The translations under genes and the position numbers were made by a program. This document shows positions 36,991 to 50,409 of a stretch of DNA of 64,000 bases, piece by piece (position 1 is the stretch's first letter; every line of letters starts with the position of its first letter). This stretch comes from Octopus sinensis (taxonomy: Eukaryota). Below the pieces are notes generated by a model. That model did not search any database and was not told the DNA's origin. It saw only the letters and a program-made list of their open reading frames with translations. The stretch lies in assembly GCF_006345805.1 (NCBI RefSeq), contig NC_043001.1, positions 101,618,001 through 101,682,000 on the forward strand, written 5' to 3'.

Positions 36991-37438
36991 CTTAAGTAAA
37001 ACCTTGTTTTACCCCAGAACACAAGAACCTGTGAGAGACTGGAAGAAGTTCTTAACTTCACGTTCACCATATTAGTGATCATAACTCATAGACTGAAACC
37101 TCAACAACTACCCTTAACACAATCAATACCAGTAATTATATACAAGGCAGTTGTGTGAGCAAGAGATTCTTGAACGAGCATCAATGTTATCATTACTCTG
37201 TGTCTAAAACAATGCAGTAACAACAACAAGAACAACGACAACAACAACCACATGTTGTTATGTCTTGTATTTGTTGAGCCATTCTAGTTTTAAACAAGAT
37301 TTATGTCATTATGTGATAACTTTAAAAATACTTGGCAGGAAAAATTGTTTTCAAAGAAATCATACGAAGATTTCTTATTATGATGACTGTTACCTGGTTC
37401 AAAGGTAGATTTAGCATTATCTCTCCCCACCTATCACT

Positions 37439-37476
<38 letters not shown>

Positions 37477-38640
37477 TTTTGTTTTATATTTTCCTTGTGC
37501 TTGTGTGTGTTTGTCTTGGTTCTATTGTCTTTTGTCCCCTAACAAGATTTTTAAAGCTAATAAATTGCTTAATAATGCAGTTCTGTTGTGCTTTTGAAAC
37601 ACGGGTTGGAATTATCTTGGTACGAAAGCATTGAATTGCAAATCAGATTCACTCTGCACATAGGAAAAGTCGTAAGAAGATTTGCTGTATATAAGTAAAG
37701 CTGGTGGGATTATGTTTTCTGTCTGTTCATGTAAACCAAACTTATGCATTCAAGCAAGAGATGCTTAAAACTCAACAGACATAAAAACATTGAACCGATT
37801 CTGAAGCTGGATGCCAAAATGGCAACATGAAAGAGGAAGCATGTTGAGGTAAAAGATTCCTAGTGGCAGATGGAGAGGTTGTAAAAATGAGTGAAAAGAT
37901 AAAAGAATCGCTGTACTGACAATGTTGGGAAATGATAACTATTTGATAATGACGGAATTGGTATTGAAGTTGAATGTTAAGAGAAAATGGAATCCTGTCC
38001 GCAGACCTGCTGCTGCTGCTTATGCTGATGGGTTGCTTAATGAACAAGTAGGAACTCTAAAGAAAATGGATTTTTGTCTTTTTATTGTCGATACAGTTGG
38101 TGAGATTATGTGAGGAGCTTCTAGAAAATATAAAAGGCTGCAAAACTAAAACAAATCCAATATTTTGGGTGCTTCTCTTACTATTATCACATACGGCTTA
38201 GTTTTTCTTGTTTTATTTTATTTATTTATTTTTTGCTAGTTTTATATATATTTTGATTCTTTCCTTCAATGAATGATTCCTGCTAATATCATTATACTTT
38301 TCTTTTGTTTTCTTCATCGTCTGATTTGGATTTTTATTGATTATTATGGTGACCCTCCATCAATAACTTTTTACTGAACATTCTAGAAACAAAATTGTAA
38401 TTCACTCATCAGTGAGTGAATTCATGATTTTCAAGTTTAACAAATGCCATGCACCAAACTCTCTGCTTTTGGGTAATTTTTCTACAACATTCAAATTGAA
38501 CTGATGAATGCCACCTTCTTTGGCCTCTTTGGCCTCTCAAGGCATTGGTGCCCTTGAAAATACATGTCTCAAGTGCCACACACTGGAATCAAATCTTGAA
38601 CCGTGTGGTTGTCAAGGGAACTATGCACTGAACACAACCT

Positions 38641-38682
<42 letters not shown>

Positions 38683-40195
38683 CGATGACGATGATGATTT
38701 TGAACACTGTAACTTCAGATCCATGCTGAACACTTAAATCCGTGAGCCAGTTCCACCTTAGTCTCATTAGCCTTTGTTTTAAGAAATTCCCCAGACAAAA
38801 GTCTTATCATTTTAGCTACATGTGATTTTAATTTTAGCAGCTCTGTTCCAAGCAATAATCTTCAGCTACTAAAAATAATCAGAATTTATTCGAATTTTTC
38901 TTAGATTTTAATCAATTAGTTTAAATTAGTGTAGAATGTCACATGATTAATTAAATGCGAAATTTTGTTAGCGGATTTTGTGATAGATTTCATTTTGTGC
39001 ATCTGCAGTACAGGCTTGGTTTCTGGCTGAGCTAAGGATTCTCATTGGAAAAAGACATAATGGAATCTTTAAGGGTAATGTTCCTTTGACTCACACGATA
39101 AAGGTTTATAGCATGTATTGTTCAATACTGCTTAATCTTGTCAAAGACAGTTAAAGATCTTTGCAACTTTCACACTGGTAAAAAATGCCAAAGTGCTTGA
39201 GGTTTTTTTTTTTTTAAAGTCTGAGAGCATGAATGGTCTTGTATCTGAAGAAGAACATAGTAAGTAATAGTGAGAATAATGCAAGAATTTGAATCAAAGG
39301 TAGGGTTTAGTTGGAATGAATGACTGATTACATAGCATGATGCTGTGCATGGAAAAAAAAGAAAGAAGGAAAAAAGAAAAAAAGGGGTTGGTTAGAAGTA
39401 GGCAGGTGAAGGATGGAGTACAGTATGCTGGTTCTTGTTTCATTGAACCCAGAGGGAGGGAAAAGAAAAGAAATATGATACAAGATGCTGTACAGAATTT
39501 AATGTAGCCCTCAACCAATCCTGCCAACCTGCAACTTTCATATGAATAATGGTGATTGCATCATCTATGAATGCTGTTATTAAAGTATATAAGGCATAAA
39601 CTTAGATGCATCCTGAATATAAACTACTTGTGTAGATAGATCAGAGATTCAGAGCCTGCACAGGTGTACTTGACAGATATAGCCCTAAAGTTTTAATTCA
39701 TATTCAAAAAAAGCCTGCTGGATGCATGCTAAAAAGATAGACATAGTTTGTAGGTTTTTACAAAGAAGCTGACTAGATTTAGATAGAGTCAACGGATGTT
39801 TATTAGAGATAAAGGCTATAAATGCCAGTCTAGCAGTAATAAACTATGAATTATGTTTATTTAAACATTGCCATGTAATTACATTTCCTCATCGCAAACA
39901 GCTTTTAGTTGCTGTGAATAACAATGTTGTGTAATTGTCAATGTTCAGTATGATCTGCTGGGTGTCAAATGGAAAGATATGATCCGTAGGTGTCAACTTG
40001 ACACACTTGATCTGTTGATGTCAAATATATTGACATAGTGTGGTTAGTGTCAATGAAGTGTCAAGATTTGTTGGTGACAACTAACCAGATATAATTTATT
40101 TGTATCAATCAGGTGGTTCTGATCTCTTTGCGGCCAAAGCAGAGACATTGTTATGCACTGATTTCAATTGATGTCATATTATCTGTTGCTGCCAG

Positions 40196-40660
40196 CTGAA
40201 CAGAGGTGATTTATTAACATCACCCTTCGAACATTGGGCCTCACCGAGGCAATGACTAGTGATCGAGACCTTTGGAGATATGCTGTGCTTGAGAAGACCC
40301 AGCAAGCCAAGTGAGACCACAGCTGTGACCTATGCCAGTAGTGTATAACCAGCCCACTGTTGAGGCAAGTGAAATCAAAATCACTGATGTAGCCGATGAC
40401 AATACCGCCTCCTTGGCACTCGTGCCAGTGGAACATTAAAAGCACCATCCGAGCTTGATCATTGCGAGGGACATTGACTGGCTCCAGTGCTGGGGACACA
40501 TAAAAAGCACTATTTGAGCGTGATCGTTGCCAACATCACCTTATTGGCACATGTGCTGGTGGCACATGGAAAACAACATTCAAGCGTGGTTGTTGCCAGT
40601 GCCACTGGACTGGTTGCCATGCAGGTGGCATGCAAAAAACACCTTTCCTATTCAAACTGC
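40196..40660 (+). mobile_element. SINE family C variant (5' module + internal units)
   Basis: CCGAGACCTTTGG...TGCTTGAGAAGACC module shared with 45190-45240; AAAAGCACCATCCGAG units. Confidence 0.75.
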
Positions 40661-40689
40661 TCCAACCTTTGGAATATCATCCTCGCAGT

Positions 40690-41588
40690 ATGTGGCTGAG
40701 CATTATCCTGATGGAAGAACACCTTTTGTTTTGAAATCAAAGACAGCCACCTTTCTTTTAGTACTGACTTGAATGACTAGTTGAATGACCAAATCCAAGC
40801 TTTGCTGCTAGTTCCTCAACAGTTACAATGGAATTTTGTTCCACCAGGGTATTCAGGACGTCCTTATTGAGCTCTACAGATCTTTCAGGACGAGGCTCAT
40901 CTTCAAAGCTGTAGTTTCCAGCTTGGAATTTCTGGAACCACTGCTGACACTGGCTTACACTTATTGTCCGATCCCCATATACTGCATTAATATTCCCCAC
41001 ACTTTCCGTTGCATTATTGCCTTTATTGAACTCATAAAGCAAAATATGCCGAATGTGCGCCCCTGTCACTTTCACTGAGGGGGAGGAGACCCCCTTTGGT
41101 CAGGAATGACCATTGGATTGCACCTAGAAAGTTACCCTCCCAGGCACAAGTCTGGGCAAGGTTGTTTATGGAAGGCCAGCAGTCGCCCATGCATACCAGC
41201 CTCCTTTCTCCACACCACTGATGTTATCCAAGAGCCAAGCTGTATTGGCAAAGGGCAATACAGCTTGGAACCAGTAATGTTGCAACTCATTTCTACAGCT
41301 GAGTTAACTGGAGCAACGTGAAATAAAGTGTCTTGCTCAAGATCACCGCATATAACCCAGTTCGGGAATCGAACTCACAACCTCACAATTGTAAGCTCGA
41401 TGCTCTAACCACTGAGTCATGTGCCTTCACTTTCATTACAGCTTTGAAAAAATAACTGTTAAAAGAATAAGGATAAAATTACTACCTGCTTTTATAGCAA
41501 GTTGATGCAGGTAGTTTATCCCATCTCCCTCCAACTTTTAGTTCATGCAATTGAAAAAACTCATTATTTATGGGATAACTCAATATAT
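40690..41588 (-). mobile_element. mariner remnant (same family as 19013-20300), internally deleted and SINE-interrupted
   Basis: ORF 40758..41075 IRHILLYEFNKGNNATES..NINAVYG..QCQQWFQKF..EDEPR (mariner HTH); TIR at 41560-41588; leader shared with 20210-20290. Confidence 0.9.
41077..41430 (-). mobile_element. SINE family D inside mariner
   Basis: Minus head GGCACATGACTCAGTGGTTAGAGC...GAGTTCGATTCCC; TSD CACTTTCA at 41067 and 41428. Confidence 0.9.
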
Positions 41589-41814
41589 AATATTTAGCCC
41601 ACATTGTCTAAATTTTAAAAATATTGGCATTTAAACTTAATATATTACTGATTTGATTTCTTTAAATATTTCATTCAAAGAACTGAGGCCATGTCATGGT
41701 TCCAATAACTGTCTGCTGCCATTTATTTTATCAACCCTGGTGGGAGCTGAAGGCAAAGCAACTGAGACCAGTTTCAGATATGACTATATTTTCATTTAAT
41801 ACATCAATCATTGC

Positions 41815-42450
<636 letters not shown>

Positions 42451-42949
42451 CATACATATTTATATACATCTGAAAAGCTTTCGCATAATTTGCTTACCAT
42501 ATTCCAGCTCCATAGCTTTGGCTCACCTGAAACAAATTAGAGAAGAGATTCAGTTAAAATGTCTTACAGTAAGATCGAACCCAGAACCATTTATTTTATA
42601 AAATGAACTCCTTAGCTGCACAGCCATGTCTCTTCTGATATTTATTTCATGATACATTTTTAATTCTGCACAACAATAAAAACATGTATTTGGCTGTGAT
42701 TATAGCTTGAACTTCGTACCATGGAGTCTTCCCATTGACCTCCTGCCATTGAGCTGTCATCTCTTTTGTTAATATCTTTCTGCTCATAAAATTCACAACA
42801 AACAAAAATGGTATTTTGTAAAGTTGGTAGAGAACTGACGAACATAGAACTCTATGGAAAAATGCATTTGAAAAGTACAAAACTTTATCTGACATGGATA
42901 TTTGTTCATCCCACACTTTGATTTATACCTCATATCCGCAAATGTCTGC

Positions 42950-43420
42950 TCATACATACACATATATGCATGCAAACACATTATTTGTATATATATATAT
43001 ATATATACATGCACACACTTACACACACACATATATGTATACAAACACATTATTCGTGTGCATATATATACATGCACACACTCACACACACACACACACA
43101 CATATATGCATACAAACACATTATTCGTGTACATATATATACATGCACACACTCACACACACACACACATATGCGTACAAACACATTATTCGTGTACATA
43201 TATATACATGCACATATATGCATACAAACACATTATTTGTGTACATATATATATAGATGCACACACTCACACACACACATATATGCGTACAAACACATTA
43301 TTCATGTACATATATATATACATGCACACACTCACACACACACATATATGCGTACAAACACATTATTCGTGTACACATATGTACATGCACACACTCACAC
43401 ACACACACACATATATATGC
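42950..43420. repeat. Minisatellite, ~50-60 bp unit (ATATGCxTACAAACACATTATTCGTGTACATATATATACATGCACACACTCACAC..)
   Basis: CAAACACATTATT recurs about 8 times. Confidence 0.9.
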
Positions 43421-44513
43421 ATATGCCTGCTAGTCTTTTCATTCACTATGCTTTGATGTGTACAGTTTCCCTTTGTCGTCTCACTCACTCTCACTCGCTC
43501 ACTCTCATCCTCTCTCAATCATGTTAATCAAAACTCAGAGGATTCGGAAACTTTTGTGTTGCCAGTTCGCTATTGTTTTAGAACAGGCTTTTGTTTTCTG
43601 TTCACCGTAACATTTGATCTTTTCCCAGCGTCTGATACCTCTTAGAGAAGACTGAATTTTACTAAAATCTGGGCACCAATAAATAACTAAATCAATAAAA
43701 ATCAGGAATGGTAACAATAAGACAATAAGTTTTATGTAAAGACAAGATTTAAAAATACATAGAACACAAGCAACAACAACACCAACAACAAAAACGACAA
43801 CAAACAACAATAACAGCAACAGCAACATTGTGGAACTCGTCAGTAACAAAATTCTACTTTTATTACCATAGTTAATGCCATTATTTGATATCATTGCTAT
43901 AAGGATAGGGAATGGCACAGAATTAGAAAAGTGCCAGAAATTAGATTTAATTTCTCTGGTTTTCTGCCACGTCTGGGTTCGCATCTCACCAAGGCTAACT
44001 TTGTCTTTCTTCGTCTTTATTCTTGATAAAATACCAGTGAGATACTGAGGTTGAAATAACCAACTTTGTCGTCGTTTATCAGAATGAATGAAGAGGTGTC
44101 CAGGTCACTCTTGATTGATGTTGTAAGCTGTGAGGGTAGGAAAGGGATGGATTAATTTCTGCATTTAATTTATTTGAATATATATATATATATATATATG
44201 TATATTTAGGGATTACCACTAGGTGGATAACCAATATGCTAGAAGAAGATCACATACGATTTAACTACAAAGAAAAGAATGTTCTCTAGAGAAATTCAAC
44301 AAACACCAGAACATAAGCGAGTAAGACAGAAGAAAATATATAAAAATCAAGAATTAATCATAGACTGGTAGACATATATTGCAATTTTTCTGATTTTTCA
44401 AATTTTTCTAAATGCTAGGCTACTGGTTTTAAATTGATATTAATTAAATTAACATTCAATTTATCACTTCACTCTGTATTATAACTATAACTATTACTTA
44501 AACATTTTCTTGC

Positions 44514-44559
<46 letters not shown>

Positions 44560-44565
<6 letters not shown>

Positions 44566-44720
44566 TGGACCTTCACACAGTTTCTTTGTCTTCCAAATTA
44601 GTAAGCATTGGTCAACCTAAGGCTAAAGTAGAAGTTACTCGCCAATGTACTGTGCAGAGGGATTGAACCCCAATCTACACAGGTGCCAAGTGAACTTCCT
44701 TACCACACAGCCACATCTGT
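44560..44720 (-). mobile_element. SINE family A, 5' part, degenerate
   Basis: CTAAGGCTAAAGTAGAAG...ATTGAACCC...TTACCACACAGCCAC. Confidence 0.7.
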
Positions 44721-45124
44721 GCCAATGTCAAATAAAAACGAAGTTATTATTATTTTTATTATTGGTTTTAAGGTCAAACTGGGAGAAAATGCTTAACAGA
44801 ATTTCTTGAGACTTTTTACTCTCTGAGTTCAAATTCCACCCAGGTCTACTTTACAATTTGTTCTTTCTGGGTCAATAAAACAATTAGCAGTCAAGTACTT
44901 AGGCAACGTAACTGGCTTGACCCCATCCCCTCAAAATGACTGGCTTTGTCAAAATGAAAAAGAATTATCATTATTGCTCTTGACATTTGCGTAGCAAACT
45001 GGCAGAACCATTACCAAACAAAGCATTCAATCTCATGTCTTCTGGTTCTTTATATTCTAAGTTCAAATACTGACAAGGTTCCATTGTTTTGATTGGCCAA
45101 AATTTGAAAGAATAATTATTATTC

Positions 45125-45660
45125 ACAGAGGCAAAGTGGTTGCGCTGGTGGCACGTGAAAATCTTCCTTTGAGTGTTGGGTCACATGGAGGTAATGACCG
45201 AGACCTTTGGCATTATGTCATGCTTGAGAAGACCCTAGCTGTGATACCAGTGCCGGTGGCACATAAAAGAATCATCCGAACGTGGCCATTGCCAGTGCCG
45301 CCCCGACTGGCTTCCGTGCCAGTGGGACATAAAAAGCACCATCCGTTCATGGTCGTTACCAGCCTCGCCTGGCATGTAAAAAGCACCCACTACACTCTCG
45401 GAGTGGTTGGCGTTAGGAAGGGCCAGTCATGGCAGATACCAGTGTCACACAAATGACACCCATGCCGGTGGCACTTAAAAGCACCCATTACACTCTCAGA
45501 GTGGTTGGCGTTAGGAAGGACATTCAGCCATAGAAAGCCATTCCAAAACAGACTGTAGTCTGGTGCGGCCTTAGAGCTTACCAGCCCTGGTCAAACTGTC
45601 CAACCCATGCCAGCATGGACAACGGACGCTAAATGATGATGATGATGATGATGATGATGA
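45125..45660 (+). mobile_element. SINE family C with duplicated core and (GAT)n tail
   Basis: CACTCTC(G/A)GAGTGGTTGGCGTTAGGAAGG occurs twice (45395 and 45492). Confidence 0.85.
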
Positions 45661-45967
45661 CTGATGGGAATGTCACTCTCAGCATTAGCTCTGTAAAATC
45701 TTTGAATTTTTCATGTTTTTCACCTGAATTGAGTTGTGTTCAGCTTAAAATGTTTGTCACCTCCTCAGAGGGATGCACTTTTCTCCTCTTCTTTTTCCAC
45801 TTTTCTCAATCTCCACACATCAGGAGTGCTTTGCTGAATTTTAAATTTGATTTCACAGAACCGTCAGTTTTTCTTGAAAAAAAGAAACATGAATCCCTTT
45901 GGAGAAATAATAATATTCACCAGGGACAAATATAACACAACAGGGAAAGAGTGTTCTATTGAAAGGG

Positions 45968-46022
<55 letters not shown>

Positions 46023-47472
46023 ATGAAAGATGAATGTGCAAAGGTTTTGCTTAACAAGTTACAGAGTGTTGTTTCTATAACAGCAGATGACGTCAGAGAG
46101 GAGAGAAAAGTCACCGTCAGCCACTTCAGAATTCCTCACTTTGAAACAACCTGCTGATACAAGAGCAACTATAGCAGCAGCAGCAGCAAGAAGAAGAAGA
46201 GAAAAGATGAGAAGACAAAGAGGACGTTTGTTCAATTTCAACGAAGATACCGTCTAAGTTTGACGCCTTCGAAGTCAAAGAGCATTGGTAGTAGAACCAA
46301 CAAAAACTGGTAGCAGCATCTGTGTTGGTGCCGAAATAATATAACAAAATGATTGTATACAGTGCTCAGGTGCACCACAACCCGACAGATCTATTTACCC
46401 AGCTATGTCTACCATAGATGCAAAGAAACGGTCAACTGAAAATATAAGGCAGTTGATTGTATCTTGCTATTTCTAGAATAGTCCAAAGTTGCCGCTTAGC
46501 TTCTTGTTTTGTTATTTTACTTTGTAAGCTTTTGTGATCAGGCAGTCATGATGTAGAGCTAAAATCAGATTTTCCATTTCTCATTTCTGTTATGGAGAAT
46601 GTTTGAACAATCGTTGGATTAACGATTGACTTCATCTGTCTTCACTCTTACTGGATACAAATCATCAAGAGATAATAATTCTCTCCATTTTCTTTGGATT
46701 TCTTTTTTTTTTTTAATTCTGCCTTGTTTTTATTTGTTTCCTGCCTTTTCCATTGTTCTTATTTAATCTCTTCGCCTCATTGTAATTTGCTTCTTGTTTG
46801 TATTTTATTTCTTACTTCCTTCAGATTAGTTTTTTCTCCATGCTTCCTCATCAATACTAATCACTCACTTTAGCCTGACTTCGAATTTTTTCTTGACCTA
46901 CTTCCCTTCCTTTGTTATTCTTTTCTTTGCTGGCGACCCCTTTCTCCTTGTAAGGTGTATTATTTGTGATCAAGGTAGTGTGAATACATTTCTAACTTAC
47001 AGTATTAAAACTCTGAGAAAAATAATTAAAAAAAAAGAACCCAACTAATTATGCAGTAATGAAGACAGACTAAAATTATTTTCATTTTCAGGTGATTAAC
47101 TGGCTGAATCATAATTGTGCCAAGAAACATGCTTAAAATTGTTTCTCCCAACTTCAGGGTCCACAGAATAAGAACTAGCTGAGCTCTGGGGTCAATGTAA
47201 TCGACTTACCCCAGCTCCCGAAATTGCTGGCCTTGTGCCAAAATTTGAAACCATTCTTGTTGTTGTTGCTGTTAGGCAGCAAACCTAGAAGAAGCGTTAG
47301 CATTGCCAGGCAGAATGCTTAGCAGCATCTGTCTTTACGTTCTCAGTTCAAATTCCTCCAAGATCCACTTTGCCTTTCATCCTTTCTGGGCCAATGAAAT
47401 AAGAACCAGTTGAATACTGTTGGTGTGGCATCCATTGATAAAAAATTTCTTAACTTTCTTCTTCTTCTTCTT

Positions 47473-47532
<60 letters not shown>

Positions 47533-47540
47533 TATTATTA

Positions 47541-47571
<31 letters not shown>

Positions 47572-47590
47572 TATTATTATTATTATTATT

Positions 47591-48910
47591 CAGTAGTTTT
47601 ATTTTTATAGCATGCTTTCACTTCACTACCGAGCACAGCTCTGTGTGCCTTGGGTATGTGCTGTGGTTTGTTGTGATGCTCTGATGGTTACTGTATTGAA
47701 AGTGTTTTGCATAGGATGTGTGCAGTGCCTAGTAGTGCAATTTTCTGTATGTTATATGTGTTTGTAAGTCCTGGTGTTTTTGTTATGTATTTGTCTGAAT
47801 ATTTTTTTATCATGCCTAATGTACCTTCTATGATACGGATTGTTTCTGTTTTTAGGTTCCACATTCTGGTTACCTCTATTTCCAGGTCTTTGTATTTTGA
47901 AAGTTTCTCCGTTTTTTTAGAGTCGCGTTGTCATCTGCTGGTATTGATACATCAATTGGAAAGCATTTTTTTTCTTCATGATCTCTGACAACTATATCTG
48001 GTCTGTTGGCCTTAATTTCTCTGTCTGTGTGTATCGGCATATCCCAGAGTATGGTTGCTTTCTCGTTTTCTGTGACCTTTTCTGGTGTGTGCCTATACCA
48101 TCTTTTTTCTGTTGTTATTCCATAATGTTGGCATAGCTTCCAATGTATGTAGGTTCCAACTCTGTCATGTCTGTGAATATATTCCTTCTTAGCCAGGACT
48201 GGGCAGCCAGAGCTAATATGATTTATTGTTTCTTGTCCATCTCCACATATTCTGCAGTTACTTGTTATGTTTCTTTTCATGACATGTTTTTGGTAATTTC
48301 TGGTGGGGAGGCTTTGGTCTTGTGCTGCAATTAAAAATCCCTCTGTCTCTGCTTTGAGTCCTGAGCTTCTCAACCATTGCTGGGATTTTTCTTTGTCTAT
48401 TTCTTTTGCATTTAGTTTAGTCCAGTATTTACCATGAAGGGGCTTTTCTTGCCATCGTTTTATCATTGTTCGTTGCTGTTCTAGTTTTAGTTTGGTTTTC
48501 AATTGTTTTATAGCTTTTGTTGTTTCTTCTTCTTCTTCTTCTTCTTCTTCGTCTTCTTCTTCTTCTTCTTCTTCTTCTTCTTCTTCTTCTTCTTCTTCTT
48601 CTTCTTCTTCTTCTTCTTCATATTTGTTAGGTAGTATGACTTCTTGTTAGTATTTCCCAGCTTCCTTAAATACTGAAAACAGTTTTGTGCTTTGCTCGTG
48701 TTTTGTGCCTATTTGTATTAGTTTTTCATTGCTTCTGAAGTAGGTATTTTTGCAGTCCTATGGTGGTTATTTTATAACAGTTTTCCAGCTTTATAAGGCC
48801 TCTACCACCTTCTGTACGTTGTATATATAGCCTATCTATATCGGATATAGAAAGTGGTGCATCCTAGATCCTGTCATTATTTTCTTATTTTCCTGTATAT
48901 TTTGGTTATG
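47591..48910 (-). mobile_element. R4/Dong non-LTR retrotransposon, 5'-truncated copy 1
   Basis: ORF 47876..48502 CRICGDGQETINHISSGC (CCHC) and RPDIVV..D (RLE); continues through an in-frame (GAA)n into RT-thumb sequence (DRLY...EGGRGL); (TAA)n at both ends. Confidence 0.92.
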
Positions 48911-48920
48911 ATGATGATAC

Positions 48921-48993
<73 letters not shown>

Positions 48994-49060
48994 CATTATT
49001 ATCATTATTATTATTATTATCATTATCATTATTACTATTATTATTATTATTATTATTATT

Positions 49061-50000
49061 CAGTAGTTTTATTTTTATAGCGTGCTTTCACTTCACTACC
49101 GAGCACAGCTCTGTGTGCCTTGAGTATGTGCTGTGATTTGTTGTGATGCTCTGATGGTTATTGTATGGAAAGTGTTCTGCGTAGGATGTGTGCAGTGCCT
49201 AGTAGTGCAATTTTCTGTATGTTATATGTGTTTGTAAGTCCTGGTGTTTTTGTTATGTATTTGTCTGAATATTTTTTTATCATGCCTAATGCACCTACTA
49301 TGATAGGAATTGTTTCTGTTTTCAGATTCCACATTCTAGTTACCTCTATTTCCAGGTCTTTGTATTTTGAGAGTTTCTCCATTTCTTTTAGAGACACGTT
49401 GTCATCAGCCGGTATTGATACATCAATTAGAAAGCATTTTTTTTCTTCATGGTCTCTGACAACTATATCTGGTCTGTTGCCCTTAATTTCTCTATCTGTG
49501 TGTATCGGCATATCCCAGAGTATGGTTGCTTTCTCGTTTTCTGTGACCTTTTCTGGTGTGTGCCTATACCATCTTTTTTCTGTTGTTATTCCATAATGTT
49601 GGCATAGCTTCCAATGTATGTAGGTTCCAACTCTGTCATGTCTGTAAATATATTCCTTTTTCGCCAGGACTGGGCAGCTAGAGATAATATGATTTATTGT
49701 TTCTTGTCCATCTCCACATATTCTGCAGTTACTTGTAATATTTCTTTTCATTACATGTTTTTGGTAATTTCTGGTGGGGAGGCTTTGGTCTTGTGCTGCA
49801 ATTAAAAATCCCTCTGTTTCTGCTTTGAGTCCTGAGCTTCTCAACCATTGCTGGGATTTTTCTTTGTCTATTTCTTTTGCGTTTAGTTTAGTCCAGTATT
49901 TACCATGAAGGGGCTTTTCTTGCCATCGTTTTATCATGGTTCGTTGCTGTTCTATTTTTAGTTTGGATTTCATTTGTTTTATAGCTTTTGTTGTTTCTTC
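49061..50000 (-). mobile_element. R4/Dong non-LTR retrotransposon, 5'-truncated copy 2
   Basis: Same ORF end and 3'UTR as copy 1; embedded in (TAA)n. Confidence 0.95.
49158..49973 (-). CDS. C-terminal fragment of R4/Dong polyprotein: CCHC knuckle + restriction-like endonuclease
   Basis: LKAETEGFLIAAQDQ, CRICGDGQETINHIISSC, RHD, RPDIVV...FLIDVSIP...EKLSKY, PIIVGALG, IQKIALLGTAHILR; open but lacks its 5' part. Confidence 0.9.
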   Translation of the reverse strand: MKSKLKIEQQRTMIKRWQEKPLHGKYWTKLNAKEIDKEKSQQWLRSSGLKAETEGFLIAAQDQSLPTRNYQKHVMKRNITSNCRICGDGQETINHIISSCPVLAKKEYIYRHDRVGTYIHWKLCQHYGITTEKRWYRHTPEKVTENEKATILWDMPIHTDREIKGNRPDIVVRDHEEKKCFLIDVSIPADDNVSLKEMEKLSKYKDLEIEVTRMWNLKTETIPIIVGALGMIKKYSDKYITKTPGLTNTYNIQKIALLGTAHILRRTLSIQ

Positions 50001-50033
50001 ATCATTATTATTATTATTATTGTTGTTGTTTCT

Positions 50034-50085
<52 letters not shown>

Positions 50086-50337
50086 CATTATTATCATTAT
50101 TATTATTAATGATAATAATTATTATTGTTACTATTATTATGTTTTTTCCTTCTTTCTTCAAATTTTCTTCTGTTTCTTGCCGAGTGTTTTCCATACACCT
50201 AGGGCAGAGAAGCTCATTGTATGCATTCCCAGATTACACATGCAAATTCACAGATAAAATATGTATTTGAAAATTAATAAATAAATAAATTCATGGATGG
50301 ATGTTGTTTTCACAGTGATGATGCTGTGATTATTATA

Positions 50338-50409
<72 letters not shown>

